Positions 24,405 through 36,752 of a DNA stretch of 64,000 nt are shown piece by piece. Source of the stretch: Eledone cirrhosa. Its lineage: Eukaryota. Position 1 is the first letter of the stretch. Every line of letters starts with the position of its first letter. Location: positions 47,182,001-47,246,000 of the forward strand of contig OZ024753.1 in NCBI GenBank assembly GCA_964016885.1, given 5' to 3'. A model generated the notes under the pieces. It had not been told where the DNA came from and searched no databases. It saw only the letters and a program-made list of their open reading frames with translations. A program made the translations under genes and the position numbers.

Positions 24405-27400
24405 CAATAATATCTGCTTACACACCCCAATGTGGACTGCCTGGCGTTATTAAAGACAGATTCTATGAGTCGCTAATGCTCACTACCTCCCAACTAACCG
24501 ACAGTGACAACATAATTGTTGCCGACCTAAATGGTCATGTTGGACAACATTGTGATAGCTATGATGGAATCCATGGTGGCTACAGGTTTGGTACCAGAAA
24601 TGAGGAAGGCTTTAGAATCCTGGAATTCTGTAACTCTAATAACCTAACTATCTGTCACACAAACTTTAAAAACCAGACAATCACTTGATCACCTATAGAT
24701 CAGGGGAACATGCCAGTCAGATAGATTATATCCTTACCAGAAGATGTGAAAAAGTGTCTGTTGTAAACACTATTTCCCTCCCCCGTGAAGAATGCACCTC
24801 CCAACATAGCTCATAGTTAGTGACCTCATAGTCAGGACGAGACGTATTCGACAACAGAGGAGGACTACCCTGAGAAGAAGAATATGAAAGTTAAAGGACC
24901 CCCACAGCCAGTAACAAATTTAAAAGCAAATTACTTGATGCTTTTGACAGTAAAGAAGAGCAATTAGAGACATACAGTATAGAGGAACAGTGGGAATTCC
25001 TGAAAGTTAACTTGCTGAAGGCGACAGATGAAATCTGTAGCTGGAGCAGACCTATAGGCAGGAGGAGTCAATCAAGGCCAAAAAGAGAGCTTGGAAAGCA
25101 TGGCGGGATGGGGGAAGCAGAGAAGCCTATCAAGTGGCCAGGAGGGAAGCTAGGAGACAAGTGTACTTTGCAAGAAGGGAAGCAGAAGAAATAAAGTTCA
25201 AGCATGTTCTACAACGTGAGGACCAAAAACGTGAGGTGTTCAGGATTGCTAGGCAATGTGTCAAGGAAAACCGTGATATTGTCGGGGAGAAGTGTGCCCG
25301 TAATGATGATGGTATACTTGTCATCACTGATACAGATAAAAAGGTAGCTTGGAAATGTCACTATGAGAGGCTACTAAATGAGGAGAATAAGTGGGAAAAA
25401 GATAGTCTGCCCCAAAACAATCCAATAGAGGAACCAGCAGTGCAAGTTGAAGGTTGTATAATAAGTAAGGCAATCAAAGATATGGAGACAGGCAAAGCAG
25501 CTGGGCCTTCAGAGATAGTTGCTGAAATGTTGAAAGCATCTGGATCGGTGGGACATTCTATGGTCACCCGGATAGTAAACCATGTCATACAGAATGGGGT
25601 TATACCAAATGACTGGCATAATAGCATCATCATCATTAACTGCTACAAGGGTAAAGGAGATGCCCTATATAGGGGAAACTATAGAGGCATTAAATTAATT
25701 GACCAGGTCATGAAGGTCACAGAAAGAGTTATAGCGCAATTAATAAGAGAGCGAATTGATCTAGACGAAATGCCGTTTGGGTTTGTGTCAAGTAAAAGTA
25801 CCACAGACGCTCTTTTCCTTGTACGACAACTACAGGAGAAGTACCTAGCTAAAAGTAAACCCCGATACTTAGCTTTTGTTGACTTGGAGAAAGCCTTTGA
25901 CAGAGTACCCCGCTTGATTATCTGGTGAGCCCTTAGAAAACTAGGTGTTGATGAATGGCTTGTGAGAGCTATACAAGCCATGTATAAAGAAACAGTCAGC
26001 AAGGTTAGAATTAACAACGAATATAGTGAAGAGTTGGTGTTCATCGGGGCTCCGTCCTTAGCCCCCTACTATTTATTATTGCTCTTCAGGCTATAACAGA
26101 GGAGTTCAAGACCGGCTGCCCATGGGAACTCCTATATGCAGATGATCTAACGCTCATAGCTGAATCAATGGCTGAACTAGAAAATAAATTCCAAACATGG
26201 AAGCATGGCCTAGAATCAAAAGGCCTTAAAGTTAACTTGTCTAAGACTAAAGTTTGTAGGAAGGAAAATAGGGCACCGGTCCCATCTGGGAAATGGCCAT
26301 GCTCAGTGTGTAGGAAAGGAGTAGGTAGAAACTCCATGTTATGTCCCAAATGCAAAGTATGGCTACATAAAAGATGTAGTGGGATCACAGGTAAGCTAAC
26401 TAAGAATATAGATTTTATATGTGGCCGGTGCTCTGGTGCAATAAGTAGCACACAAGTGCCCACAGAATACTAACTCATTCCATTGCACAGATGGTTCTAT
26501 AGAAATAGTGGACAGCTTCCGTTACCTGGGTGATAAAATCAGCAGTGGGGGAGGGTGCTCTGAAAGTACAGTAGCTAGAGTCAGAACGGGATGGAAAAAG
26601 TTAAGAGAGCTTATACTACTATTGGCCGTTAAAGGGTTCTCTCTAAAAATGAAAGGCAGGCTGTATGATGCCTGCATACGAACAGCAATGTTACATGGCA
26701 GTGAGACCTAGGCATTGTGTGCAGAGGATATACGCAGGCTGGAGAGAAACGAAGCTTGCATGCTCCGCTGGATGTGTAATAGTAATATACGTGAACGGCA
26801 AAGCATAAACGAAATAAGGGAGAAATTAGAAATAAGAGGGATCAGATGTTTACTCGAGAGAAGACTATGTTGGTATGGTCACGTGATGCGCATGAAAGAC
26901 GACAGCTGTATAAAAATGTGCAGGGCAATAAAAATAAACGGTAGCCACGGAGTAGGCAGACCCAGAAAAACCTGGGACGACTTGATAAATTCCGACCTCA
27001 CACACTTACACCTCTCCAAGACAATGTCACTGGACCGAGTTCTTTGGCGCTACACAGTAATAGAGAAGACCCGCCTTACCTAAGTACAAAGTGAAACCTA
27101 CTACAGTCAGTAGGCACCTCTAACAAAATACACCCCCGTCCCATTACCCCCACTCCATCCACACCACCCCTTTCAATGTAAAGTTATGTTGGTACCACAA
27201 CATCCAGCCCGAAACAAATGAGGTCGTGTAGGTGTCACGACAAAAGCACAAACAGTCCACGCTGTAATGTGGGCGTGTAGGTAACACGGTAAAAACCTCC
27301 CAGTTCCACACTGTAAATGTGGTTGGTGTTAGGAAGGGCATCCAACCGTAGAAAACCCGCCAGACAGTCCTATGCGAGCAAGACAACCACTCTTGCCTCA

Positions 27401-27470
27401 AGTGGGAAAATTCCCGTCCAAACCCATGCGAGCGTGGAATATGGACGTTAAACGAAGATCATGATGATGA
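24405..27470 (+). mobile_element. Near full-length decayed RTE LINE (APE endonuclease + RT + Cys-rich insert + long 3' UTR)
   Basis: ADLNGHVG, SQIDYIL, GKAAGPS, NYRGIKL, FVDLEKAFDRVPR, YADD (TATGCAGATGAT, ~26134), FRYLG, GRPRKTW. Several stops and frameshifts. Ends GGACGTTAAA...ATGATGAT. Confidence 0.95.
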
Positions 27471-27609
27471 TACATATATACATATATACATACATACACA
27501 TATACACATATACACATATACACACATACACACATACACATACATTAGTATTCACACATACATATACATACCAGTACCCATACATATATATATATATATA
27601 TATATATCA

Positions 27610-27735
27610 GTATTTCGAGTACGGCCACTACATTATATTCATGTAGGAGAACCCCTACCGATGCGCTGAACGAGTGTGACTTTTTAGTCCAGCCAGCGAC
27701 TTGAAAACTCTTGTACAAACACTACACTTGTGATA
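27610..27735 (-). mobile_element. 3' end of an RTE-type LINE with terminal C2H2 finger
   Basis: Reverse complement of ~59120-59245 (HKCSVCTRVFKSLAGLK.HTRSAHR*). Confidence 0.75.
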
Positions 27736-28516
27736 ATTATATATCTATCTATCTACCTACATATCTATCAATTATATATCTATCTACCTACATATCTATT
27801 TATGTATCTCAAAACCTTTTGCAACGTCTATCTTGAGATGTTAAACACCCTCTTACGCCATATCATGCTTGTTTGCCAAGGGGAGATAATTACATGATTG
27901 ACTTTGACACGTGCGTACACACCAAACAAACTTAGACACACCCACATACAGCAATGGTAGACGAACGGCGCTGAATTTGATTTTCGGTGAAAACGTAACA
28001 AGTTGTGTTTCATTGTTTGAACAAACGGACCACTATTATTTCTTCTGGAAACTTTTTTTTATTTATTCTTACCCTCCTTTCTCGTCCATGGGAGCAAATA
28101 AGACATTTATTTTACAAGAGAGTCACTTCAGAAAATTACGCTATCAATATTGATACAGCACATAATAGTGATAACCATTTCAATGCAACAACTTAAACAA
28201 CAATAATATTAATGATATAAGGAAAAAGAGTTCAGAGGAAATTTAACAGAAGAAAGAAGAAATGAATTAAGAGAGGAAACTAGAATTTCTCAATGAAGCA
28301 AGACGAGGAAGACAAAGGTATGCTAAACATGTGTTTAATTAACATTACAAATTGTTCAGTTCTTTCAGAATGAAAATAAAAACACATAATACAATGTGTA
28401 TAAAAATATCTCTATTTGATTTCTAGCTTCGAAAAACTGTCAATTTATTTATGAAAATGCAAAGGAACGGTTGAACATCAGAGCAAAAGACAGCAGCGAG
28501 GGGTAAAATTTTCAGC

Positions 28517-28672
28517 CTGTGGGGAGTCGGGCCGCTGACTGCGAGGTTCCTCTCTTCACTGGCGGCTCGCCTAATAGAGGTAACTGGCGAGGGCGCTTGT
28601 TTCTTCCAGCACCCCAGCCTCGCCATCACTCGAGGTAACACTGCCAGTGTGCTGGCTTGCCTTAAAAATCAT
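28517..28672 (+). mobile_element. C-terminal fragment of a second CRE-like family
   Basis: GVGPLTARFLSSLAARLIEVTGEGACFFQHPSLAITRGNTASVLAC aligns by eye to GVLGPRATSLL...LFQRVSLAVLRGNAFSIL of the array-A element. Confidence 0.7.
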
Positions 28673-29146
28673 TAGAGAGGTTGCCCAGTACCCCTGGCTG
28701 CTGTCTTTTGCTCTGGTGTTGGCTCCGTTTTCCACCCCTTCAATTTATACTGTTACTTAAGCATTTGTAGTGTTATGTATATATTTAAAACATTTATGTT
28801 ATTCTACTGTAAATTTATTTATATTCTTTGTATATATCATATGTGTTTATATTTTCACTCCCATTTGTAACGTTATTTAATATATAATAAGTGTTTCTAC
28901 TTTTGGCACAAGGCCGGCAAATATTCAGTGTATTACTGGTACTTTATTTAATATATAATAACATTTCAAATTGTAAGATGTAAATAATTGTTCCAAATGT
29001 ATTTAGTTGTTAACAAACTATCAAATTTCTCTTTTATTCAGTTGTATAAATAACATTAGAAATCGTTTGCAATTCTTTCAGAATGAAAATATAAACAGAG
29101 CATATAAATAAATTTACAGTAGAATAACATAAATATGTTTTAAATA

Positions 29147-29205
29147 CAGTGGTACCTTGAGATACGAGTGAACCGACATACGATTTTTTTTTAGATACGA
29201 GCTAG
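29147..29205 (+). mobile_element. Tigger/pogo-type (Tc1-mariner) terminal inverted repeat, one end only
   Basis: TA followed by CAGTGGTACCTTGAGATACGAG; no partner end seen. Confidence 0.55.
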
Positions 29206-29609
29206 CGCGTGCCTGCTGCTTGATTTTTACATGTTAATTTTCTGACATGCTTCATTTTTACACGAAAAAACATTGAATTTTTAGAATAAATATTTATTAA
29301 AATATTAACAGAGAAAATTAGATTTTTGATTTAATTTTTTAACAAAATAAATATTTATTTACAGTTTTTCACAGAAAAACTATGCTTCATTTTTACATGA
29401 ATATTTATTTACAGTTTTTAACAGAAAAAATATTGCTGCGAAATACATTTTTTTTTTTTAACAGATTTACAGTTTTTAACAGAAAAAAAATTCTTTAAAC
29501 ACTATATTGTTGCGATATACAGTAAATTTTTTTTACCGGTGCAATTTTATGCGTGATGTATGTAGTGAATGGGTTGAGCAAAATCCGGCGATACTCGGTG
29601 GTCTTGATT

Positions 29610-29825
29610 CTGCCGAGACTGCTGCCTCTCATTGAAAGGCACTGTGCAAATGGATCTATGATCCATACAGATGAGTGGCGGGTATGCCTGGTCGTTATAC
29701 ACATCTCACTGTCAATCGTTCAAAGCATTTCGTTGATCCCATATCAAGTACACACACGCAAAATATTGAGGGGTGTACCAGCCGACCAATATTTCAGTCG
29801 TATTTAAGGGAGTTTCAGTGGCAAT
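29610..29825 (+). mobile_element. Merlin/IS1595 (ISXO2-like) transposase fragment
   Basis: LLPLIERHCANGSMIHTDEWR, then after frameshifts YTHLTVNRSKHFVDPISSTHTQNIEG and YLREFQW. Confidence 0.8.
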
Positions 29826-29964
29826 GTCACGTATCCAACTGGTGAAGGTAAATGTTTCGAAAAAAATGTAGTTGTTCTAATGCAGTTTATATATAATATC
29901 GTCTATGCAAATGTTGGTATTGTGAAGTGCGACGTAGTTCCACTACGCATTAAAACAAACATTT

Positions 29965-30820
29965 GCATACGCAATAATGTCAAACTGACCAATGGGAGGT
30001 TGCGTATGAATACATGGGCAGTCTCACTCTCTTGTTAAAAACCCGACACAGTTGACGCGTACCAGACAGACCGACACAGTTGACGCGTGAAGATGTATCT
30101 ATAAAAAATGGTGACCTGGCTGTAAAGAATACATCCTTCACACACATAAAAAAAAAATGTCGAGTTTACAATAACACAATATTTTGTTTGCACATGGCAT
30201 TTTTGTCCAATGTGGCGACTCACCTCCTATTTCTTCATCACTTATTCCCGCGCTTTTACTTTGGCCAACATAAGCGCACTCTTTACTGTTTCAAGGATAC
30301 TACGGACTTCAAAAGATTATTTTTAAATGTTTTGTTCGCAACTATTTTGTTAAAGTTTACGAACGTCTTTGATGAACACCTTGGCGACTATACACCTACA
30401 CAGCTCTTACGCTGATAACATTTTGGAGTACTCCGGCAATTCGACCACTACTACGCCTTCACGACTTGCATGAAAACTAGGCAACAAACCTTTAAATATT
30501 CTGTTCCGAGGGACTTTCCTCGTGGACCCATGTTTTTGTCAGAAATGACGGTGAGAAGACCTCTCACTCCACCTTATTCTGGACCCTATCGTGTACTTGC
30601 ACGTAGAGATAAACATTTCACCTTTGACTTTAATGGACATAAAGACACACTCTATTGACAGACTAAAGCGGGCCTACACAGATGCTCTCACATCAGAGCC
30701 TCATACTCCCCTCTGCTACAATGTGTCAATACAAGCACCACCGCAAACACCACAATCACATTCAAACACTCCTTTACTTTCAACATACATCAAACTGACC
30801 AATGGGAAGTTGCGTATGAC
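29965..30820 (+). mobile_element. Heavily deleted Gypsy LTR retrotransposon
   Basis: PBS-like TGGTGACC at ~30108. Gag-like LGDYTPTQLLR. Integrase GPY/F tail PLTPPYSGPYRVLAR...SIDRLKRAY. Direct repeat TCAAACTGACCAATGGGA.GTTGCGTATGA at ~29980 and ~30790. Confidence 0.75.
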
Positions 30821-31724
30821 AGACCGAACTGACTTGCAGATGATACATCGCGCGAAAATTTATTGTAAAATGACTCCTACAATCCTTTTCGACAAATAAA
30901 ATTATATTTATAGAGGAGTGAGCATTGAAGAGCTATTTATTTATATCCTGGAAGTCAGCAGCATTTACTACCGATAAGAAGCTACCAACTCTTCGATTAA
31001 GGTATTTCAATTATATCACTTATAACTAATATCCTTCGAAGACCTATAACAACAATGTAAAATCATATAGATAATATTTAGCCCCTCATCCTTATCTATA
31101 AATGTATCATTTATCACATAAGACAGTGTAACACAGTCTTCGTTCAACTAATGTGTATATTGTCAATTGCGATTTTATTTGACGTATCATATCTCCATGT
31201 ATATATACTTGCGTATAATATCAATATACACACTACACATGCTAGCAGAAAACCACTCGTAGTATATATATGTATAGCGTAGAGTGTAGCTAGTGTATGT
31301 ATGTATATATAAGTATGTATGTATATATATGTGTGTGTAAAAATGTCAATAATGACCTTTTTTTTTTTTTTTTGACAAAAAACTTGAATTTAAGTTGTCA
31401 TGTTTACCTTAATTAACATTTTAAAAGAAAAGTTGGTTATTTTGACATCCCCCCCCTCCCCAAACTAAAAACAAGACATAAAAATTTAAATTTAAGTTTT
31501 AATTGTAAAAGTAACATTATCATATTTTAGTTCCTTGAGTTCCTTAAGTGCGTATTTCAGCTCGTATTCCCCATTTTCTAAACACAATGCTTTTGCAACC
31601 GAATCTTCACTCATTGAATTCTGTATTCGTAGACCTGACTTTTCCCAGCAATTTACAATTCTCTTTTACAACCGAATCCCATGCCTGGACTGACCAAAAA
31701 TACCATGCAATAACTGTTTTTACT

Positions 31725-31805
31725 TTTGCCAGCAATTATTCCAGTGCATCACTGGTACTTTATTTATCGACCCTATAAGGATGAAAGGCCAAGTTGAACT
31801 CGGAA
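31725..31805 (-). mobile_element. SINE fragment, same family as 23855-24010
   Basis: ACTGGTACTTTATTTATCGACCC...GGATGAAAGGCCAAGTTGAACTCGG. Confidence 0.65.
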
Positions 31806-32943
31806 AATAAAGGGGCGTAACTCATGACGTTCCTTTTAAATTGACACTTTCACATCTTTATTAACCAACTTTATTAATAAAAATCGTATTGTAGTTGCTT
31901 TTGAATGACCAAATTATTCCTTGGTCTAAAGGTTGTAATTTTGTAGTTGTGTTCGAGGGTAGAAAAAAAAAAGTTTTATATTTTAAAAGCTTTGTTTGTG
32001 GCATGCTGCATTATCAAGGAGCAATAATACTTTTCTCTATTGTTTAAAAAATTCGTAATTGATTTCTTTTAGGTAAAATGAAAATATATTGTCTGTCATC
32101 CATCCGTAATGTTCTTTTTATAATAAAATTCCTGTTTAGAAATGTCAATATTCTTGAAACAACGAGGTTTAAGGCTTTTTTCAGTAAAAAGGGGTTTAAA
32201 CTTTTCACCAGTTGCACTACATGTGAATAGTACTGTAATTCTCTTTTGATTCCTCTAATTTTGTATTATCATCGTTAAGAAAAACATAACTTTTTATTCC
32301 TACCCTTTGTCTCATCCTCGAATCCATATTCTCAGTCCCTGTCTCCTATTCCTTATCTCTCTATCTCTTACTTTTTATTATTTATTTAATCCTTTGATAT
32401 TTTATTATACAACTTGCCTTTTTATTTTGCTGAAACATATATCGTATTCCTTTTCATGTTATTGTTATCATTATTGTCATCACTATTTTACACATCCACT
32501 TACTCACCACTATAACTTCTACTATTATCAGAAACCGTATTTTGTACTTATTTTTTATATCGTCATTCTTTCTTCTTTATACTTTTATTATTGTTTATCT
32601 TTTATTATTGATGTTTTCGTTTTCATTCACTCGATTCTCTGATGTATCTATAAATGCTAATGCCATGTGTTACACCCTCCAGTATTCCGATGATTTTATC
32701 AGAGCCACACACTGTATTTAAGGTCGAGTGATTAGCGACTTTTAGACTCACCTGTTCAATGAAACAATTGTTAGTACTGTAAATAAAACCCTTTTTATAC
32801 AGCCGACCATCTTACTCTTCATTCTTTCACTACTATTACTCCAAGATCGACCTGCATGGGAATTATTGCAAACTCGCTACCTAAGTAAGGAAACCTCTCA
32901 CTGGATTACCTAAAACGATAACTTGTTATCCCATGTGTATATA

Positions 32944-33149
32944 TCATCATCATCGTTTAAAGTCTATCTTCCACGCTAGCATGGGTTTAGACGGGAGATG
33001 TCCCACTTGAGGCAAGATTGGTTTTTCTCGCTCGTATAGGACTGTCTGGCAGGTTTTCTATGGTTGGGTGCCCTTCCTAACACCAACCACGTTTAGTGTG
33101 GACTGGGAGGTTTTTACCGTGTTACCTACACGGGCACATTACAGCGTGG

Positions 33150-33185
<36 letters not shown>

Positions 33186-33482
33186 TCGTGACATCTACAC
33201 GACCTCATTTATTTAGGGCTGGATGTTGTGGTACCAACATAACTTTACAGAGAAAGAGGTTGGAGGAGAGGGTAGTGGGATGCGGGTGTATTTTTGGTTA
33301 AGAGGTGCCTACTGACGAGGTTTCGCGTTGTACATAGACAAATCAGGTCTTCTGTATTACTGCGTAGTGCCAAAGATCTCTGTCCAGTGACATTGTCTTG
33401 GAGAGATGTATGTAAGGTCGGAATTTATCAGATCGTCCCAGGTTTTTCTGGGTCTGCCTACTCCGTAACTTCCATCAATTTT
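32944..33482 (-). mobile_element. RTE LINE 3' end with long 3' UTR, same subfamily as ~26930-27470
   Basis: Inverted similarity to the 3' end of the 24.4-27.5 kb RTE, with a (GAT)n tail. Confidence 0.88.
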
Positions 33483-33513
33483 GATATATATATATATGTG
33501 TGTGTATATATTT

Positions 33514-33665
33514 GTCCTGGGTATGACATTAAACTACATCCAGTGGCAAGGCTCAAGTTCAGGAGGAACTGTGGGGAACGTGGAGTTACCCCCTTAGTTG
33601 TCATAACTCCCAGGTCTGCTCTGGCCTGGTGTAGTAGTACCTGTTAGGGCCCCTTTTATAGGTTA
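33514..33665 (+). mobile_element. SINE body fragment (also in each full unit of array B, e.g. ~36779-36930)
   Basis: GTCCTGGGTATGACATTAAACTACATCCAGTGG...ACTCCCAGGTC...GTAGTACCTGTT resembles an abundant cephalopod SINE body from recall; family not verified. Confidence 0.55.
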
Positions 33666-33669
33666 AATA

Positions 33670-34182
33670 ATAAGATGACAGATCGGGGTACCCCTATCAA
33701 AGGCCTTCTCTAGGTCAACAAAGGCTAAGTATAGTGGCTTATTTTTCTCTAAGAACCTCTCTTGTAATTGTCTCATCAAGAAGAGGGCATCTGTTGTACT
33801 ATTCCCAGGCACAAAACCAAACTGCATCTCATCTAGTTTGACCCTTTCTCTAATTAGTTGTGCTAATATCCTTTCTGCCACTTTCATAACCTGATCCATC
33901 AGTTTTATACCCCTATAATTTCTCCTCTCAAGAGCATCCCCTTTACTTTTGCACTAGTCTTTGGGTATGACACTGCCATATATAGCCTGATTGATGTGTG
34001 CAACCAGTTTAGTGCCTACGTCCCCTGAGGCCTTCAGCATCTCAACAACTATCTCCGATGGTCCAGCAGCCTCACCATTTTTCATTTCCTTAATTGCCTC
34101 TTGGACCCTATATTCGTCAATCTCAATAGCTGGTTCTTCTGTCTGATCTACTGAGGGTAATTTCTCTCTCTCCCATGTATAT

Positions 34183-34231
<49 letters not shown>

Positions 34232-34935
34232 TGAAATATTTGTAAATGTCTGAGAGATTGGCTAAATGTTTTACAGTGTACTGTGCCACTAAACTGCACC
34301 ATACTAAATCACACTACACTACACTGCACTGTACTGTTCACGCTAACGCTACTGTTTTCTATTTTGCAGTTATGATCAGTAAGAGAAAGGAAGTTATTTC
34401 AACAAAAGCTAAGTATAGTGGCTTCTAATAACCTCTCTTGTAGTTGTCTTGCTAAGAGGGTATCTGTTGCACTTTTCCCAGGCACATAACCAAACTGCAT
34501 CGCATCTAGTTGGACCCTTTCTATAATTAGTTGCGCTAATATCCTTTCTGCCACTTTCACAACCTGATCCATCAGCTTTATTCCTCTATAATTGCTCATG
34601 TCCAGAGCATCTCCTTTACCTTTGTAGCAATTTACGAGAATATTGCTGCAGCAGTCTTTGAGTACAAAACCGACATATATAGCCTGATTTGATGAAGCGT
34701 GCAACCAGTTGAGTGCCTATGTCCCCTGATGCCTGCAGCATCTCGGCAACTATTCCTGACGGTCCAGCGGCCTTACCATTATTCATTTTCCTTAATCGCC
34801 TCTTAGACCATATATTCGTCAATCTGAATAGCTGATCCCTCTGTCGGATGTACTGGGGGGGTAATTTCTCTCTTTCTCACATTGGGTCTCCACATTCATC
34901 AGTCTCTCTTAATGACATTTCCAGGCCTTTTTTTT
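33670..34935 (-). mobile_element. Two adjacent RTE RT fragments (33670-34175 and 34398-34935)
   Basis: Both encode G.AAGPS...DQV.KVAERILAQLI...QFG.VPG.S.TD. Confidence 0.88.
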
Positions 34936-35048
34936 CTGACCATCCGTAAAACTAAGTACGCCGGCATCATTAAGCAGACAAACTTAATCTCGATTTGCAC
35001 TGACACACAGCCTCGCAATACGGAACACGGCGCGTCTTTGATCTTCTT

Positions 35049-36713
35049 GTCGAGCAGCCTCCTTGCGTGCTAAGTACACCTAACCTCTAGCTTCTCTCTT
35101 AGCGGCTGTATATTCTTCTCTACTCGCACTAATTTTGCAAGCATTCCATGCTAGTCTTTAGTCTCCAATGGCCCGATCTACCGTGCTGTCCCCCCACCAT
35201 GTCACTCTCTGTCTGGTTGGAACTCTGATCCAGCCACAAGTTTCATCAGTAACCTGCAGTAAGGTATCGCATAAGAAATTCCAGTTATCATCTATGTTGT
35301 ACGACTCTAAATCGTCTTCTTTTTCATCATACACATATTGAAGGGCTTTCCTAAATTTGTATTTTAGTGAGAGCTCTTTTAGCTTCCAGACCTTTCTTTT
35401 TTCCACACCTTCCTGTATGTCTCATTCAGTCTCTTGCTTGGGGTACATTCTTCCCCGGGGTATGCCTTTGTATTTGACACCATCTGCCTGTCCCGCTGCC
35501 TAACTAGCAAGAAGTCAATCTGGCTTATGTGCTTGCCTGATTTGTAGGTTATTAGGTGGTTGGCAGATTTGTGTAAGTTAGTGTTGTAGATGGTTAGTGC
35601 AATTGCATCGCAAAATTCAAGAAGTTTCACTGCTTCATTTCTTAAGCCGTAAGTGTGCCCAACATGTACCTCAGTGTAACCATCGTAGAGCTGTCCAACA
35701 TGACCATTGAAATCCCCTGCTAGCATAACGATGTCTCCGTCCTGTCATTGTGGCTGTTTGTAAAAATTGCTTGTAAATGCAGAATTTCTTGTCTTTACCT
35801 AGCAGCAGTTTCTTGCTCTCAATTAACCCTAAAACTAGCCGTAACGCTAACAGTAACACTAACCGTAACACTAACTTATGCAGGCCTAGGTAAAGACGAG
35901 AAAGATAAAACAAGGAGTGATGCTATTTGAATTTTGTGATGCAAGTGTTTTAACCATTTGCAAAACCAACTTCCGCAAACCTGCCAACTGCCTAATAACC
36001 TACAAATTAGGCAAGCACAGAAGCCGGATTTCTCGGTAGTTAGGCAGCGAGACAGACAGATGGTGTGAAGTACCAGGGTGTGCCCCGGGGAGGACTGTTT
36101 CCCACAGCGTGGGTTGGTTGTTGGTGATGTCTCGGTGATCCTGAGACGGAGTGAGGAGGGTGTTTATAGGTAAATAGATAGACTGATGCACAGATATCTG
36201 GATAGATTGATAGAGAGATAGATATATAGAGAGCATCATTATCATCGTCTGTTCATCATTTTACGTCCGCTTTTCCCTGCTTGAAAGGGTGGGACAGGTC
36301 CTCTTGAGCAAAGCATCTCTTCACTTGTCACGGTCCTTCGTCATCTCCTTGGTGAGTTTCAGCGATCTGAAGTCGGCTCTCACCACCTCCACCCATGTTT
36401 TTCGTGGTCTTCCTCTACTGCGTCTCCCTTCTTTACCCAGCGCTCAACCTCCATGCGCATCACATGTCCATACCATCTCAGTCCTCTCTTGCACACCACA
36501 ACTTATCCCTCTTAAACACAGTTTCTCTCTCAACTCGTTTATGCTTGGTCGTTCCCGCACATTGACATTGCACATCCAACGGAGCGTGCTTGCTTCATTT
36601 CTCTCCAGCCATCGCATACCCTCTGCAGTTGCTGTCCATGTTTCACTACCATGCAGGGTCGCACATCTCGCATAGGCATCATGTAACCACACTTTCGTAC
36701 GCATATATATATT

Positions 36714-36752
<39 letters not shown>

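Noticed and set aside
29610-29825. Bacterial IS1595 insertion or contamination
   Set aside because: Eukaryotic Merlin transposons share these motifs, and the fragment is decayed and embedded in host repeats.
32665-32900. Possible solo LTR (TG start, AATAAA)
   Set aside because: No clear CA end, target-site duplication or second copy.
35884-35930. Exon-like GCAG/GCCTAGGTAAAGACGAG after CTAAC repeats
   Set aside because: AGLGKDEKDK is RTE endonuclease sequence, and the CTAAC copies belong to the hexamer tract.
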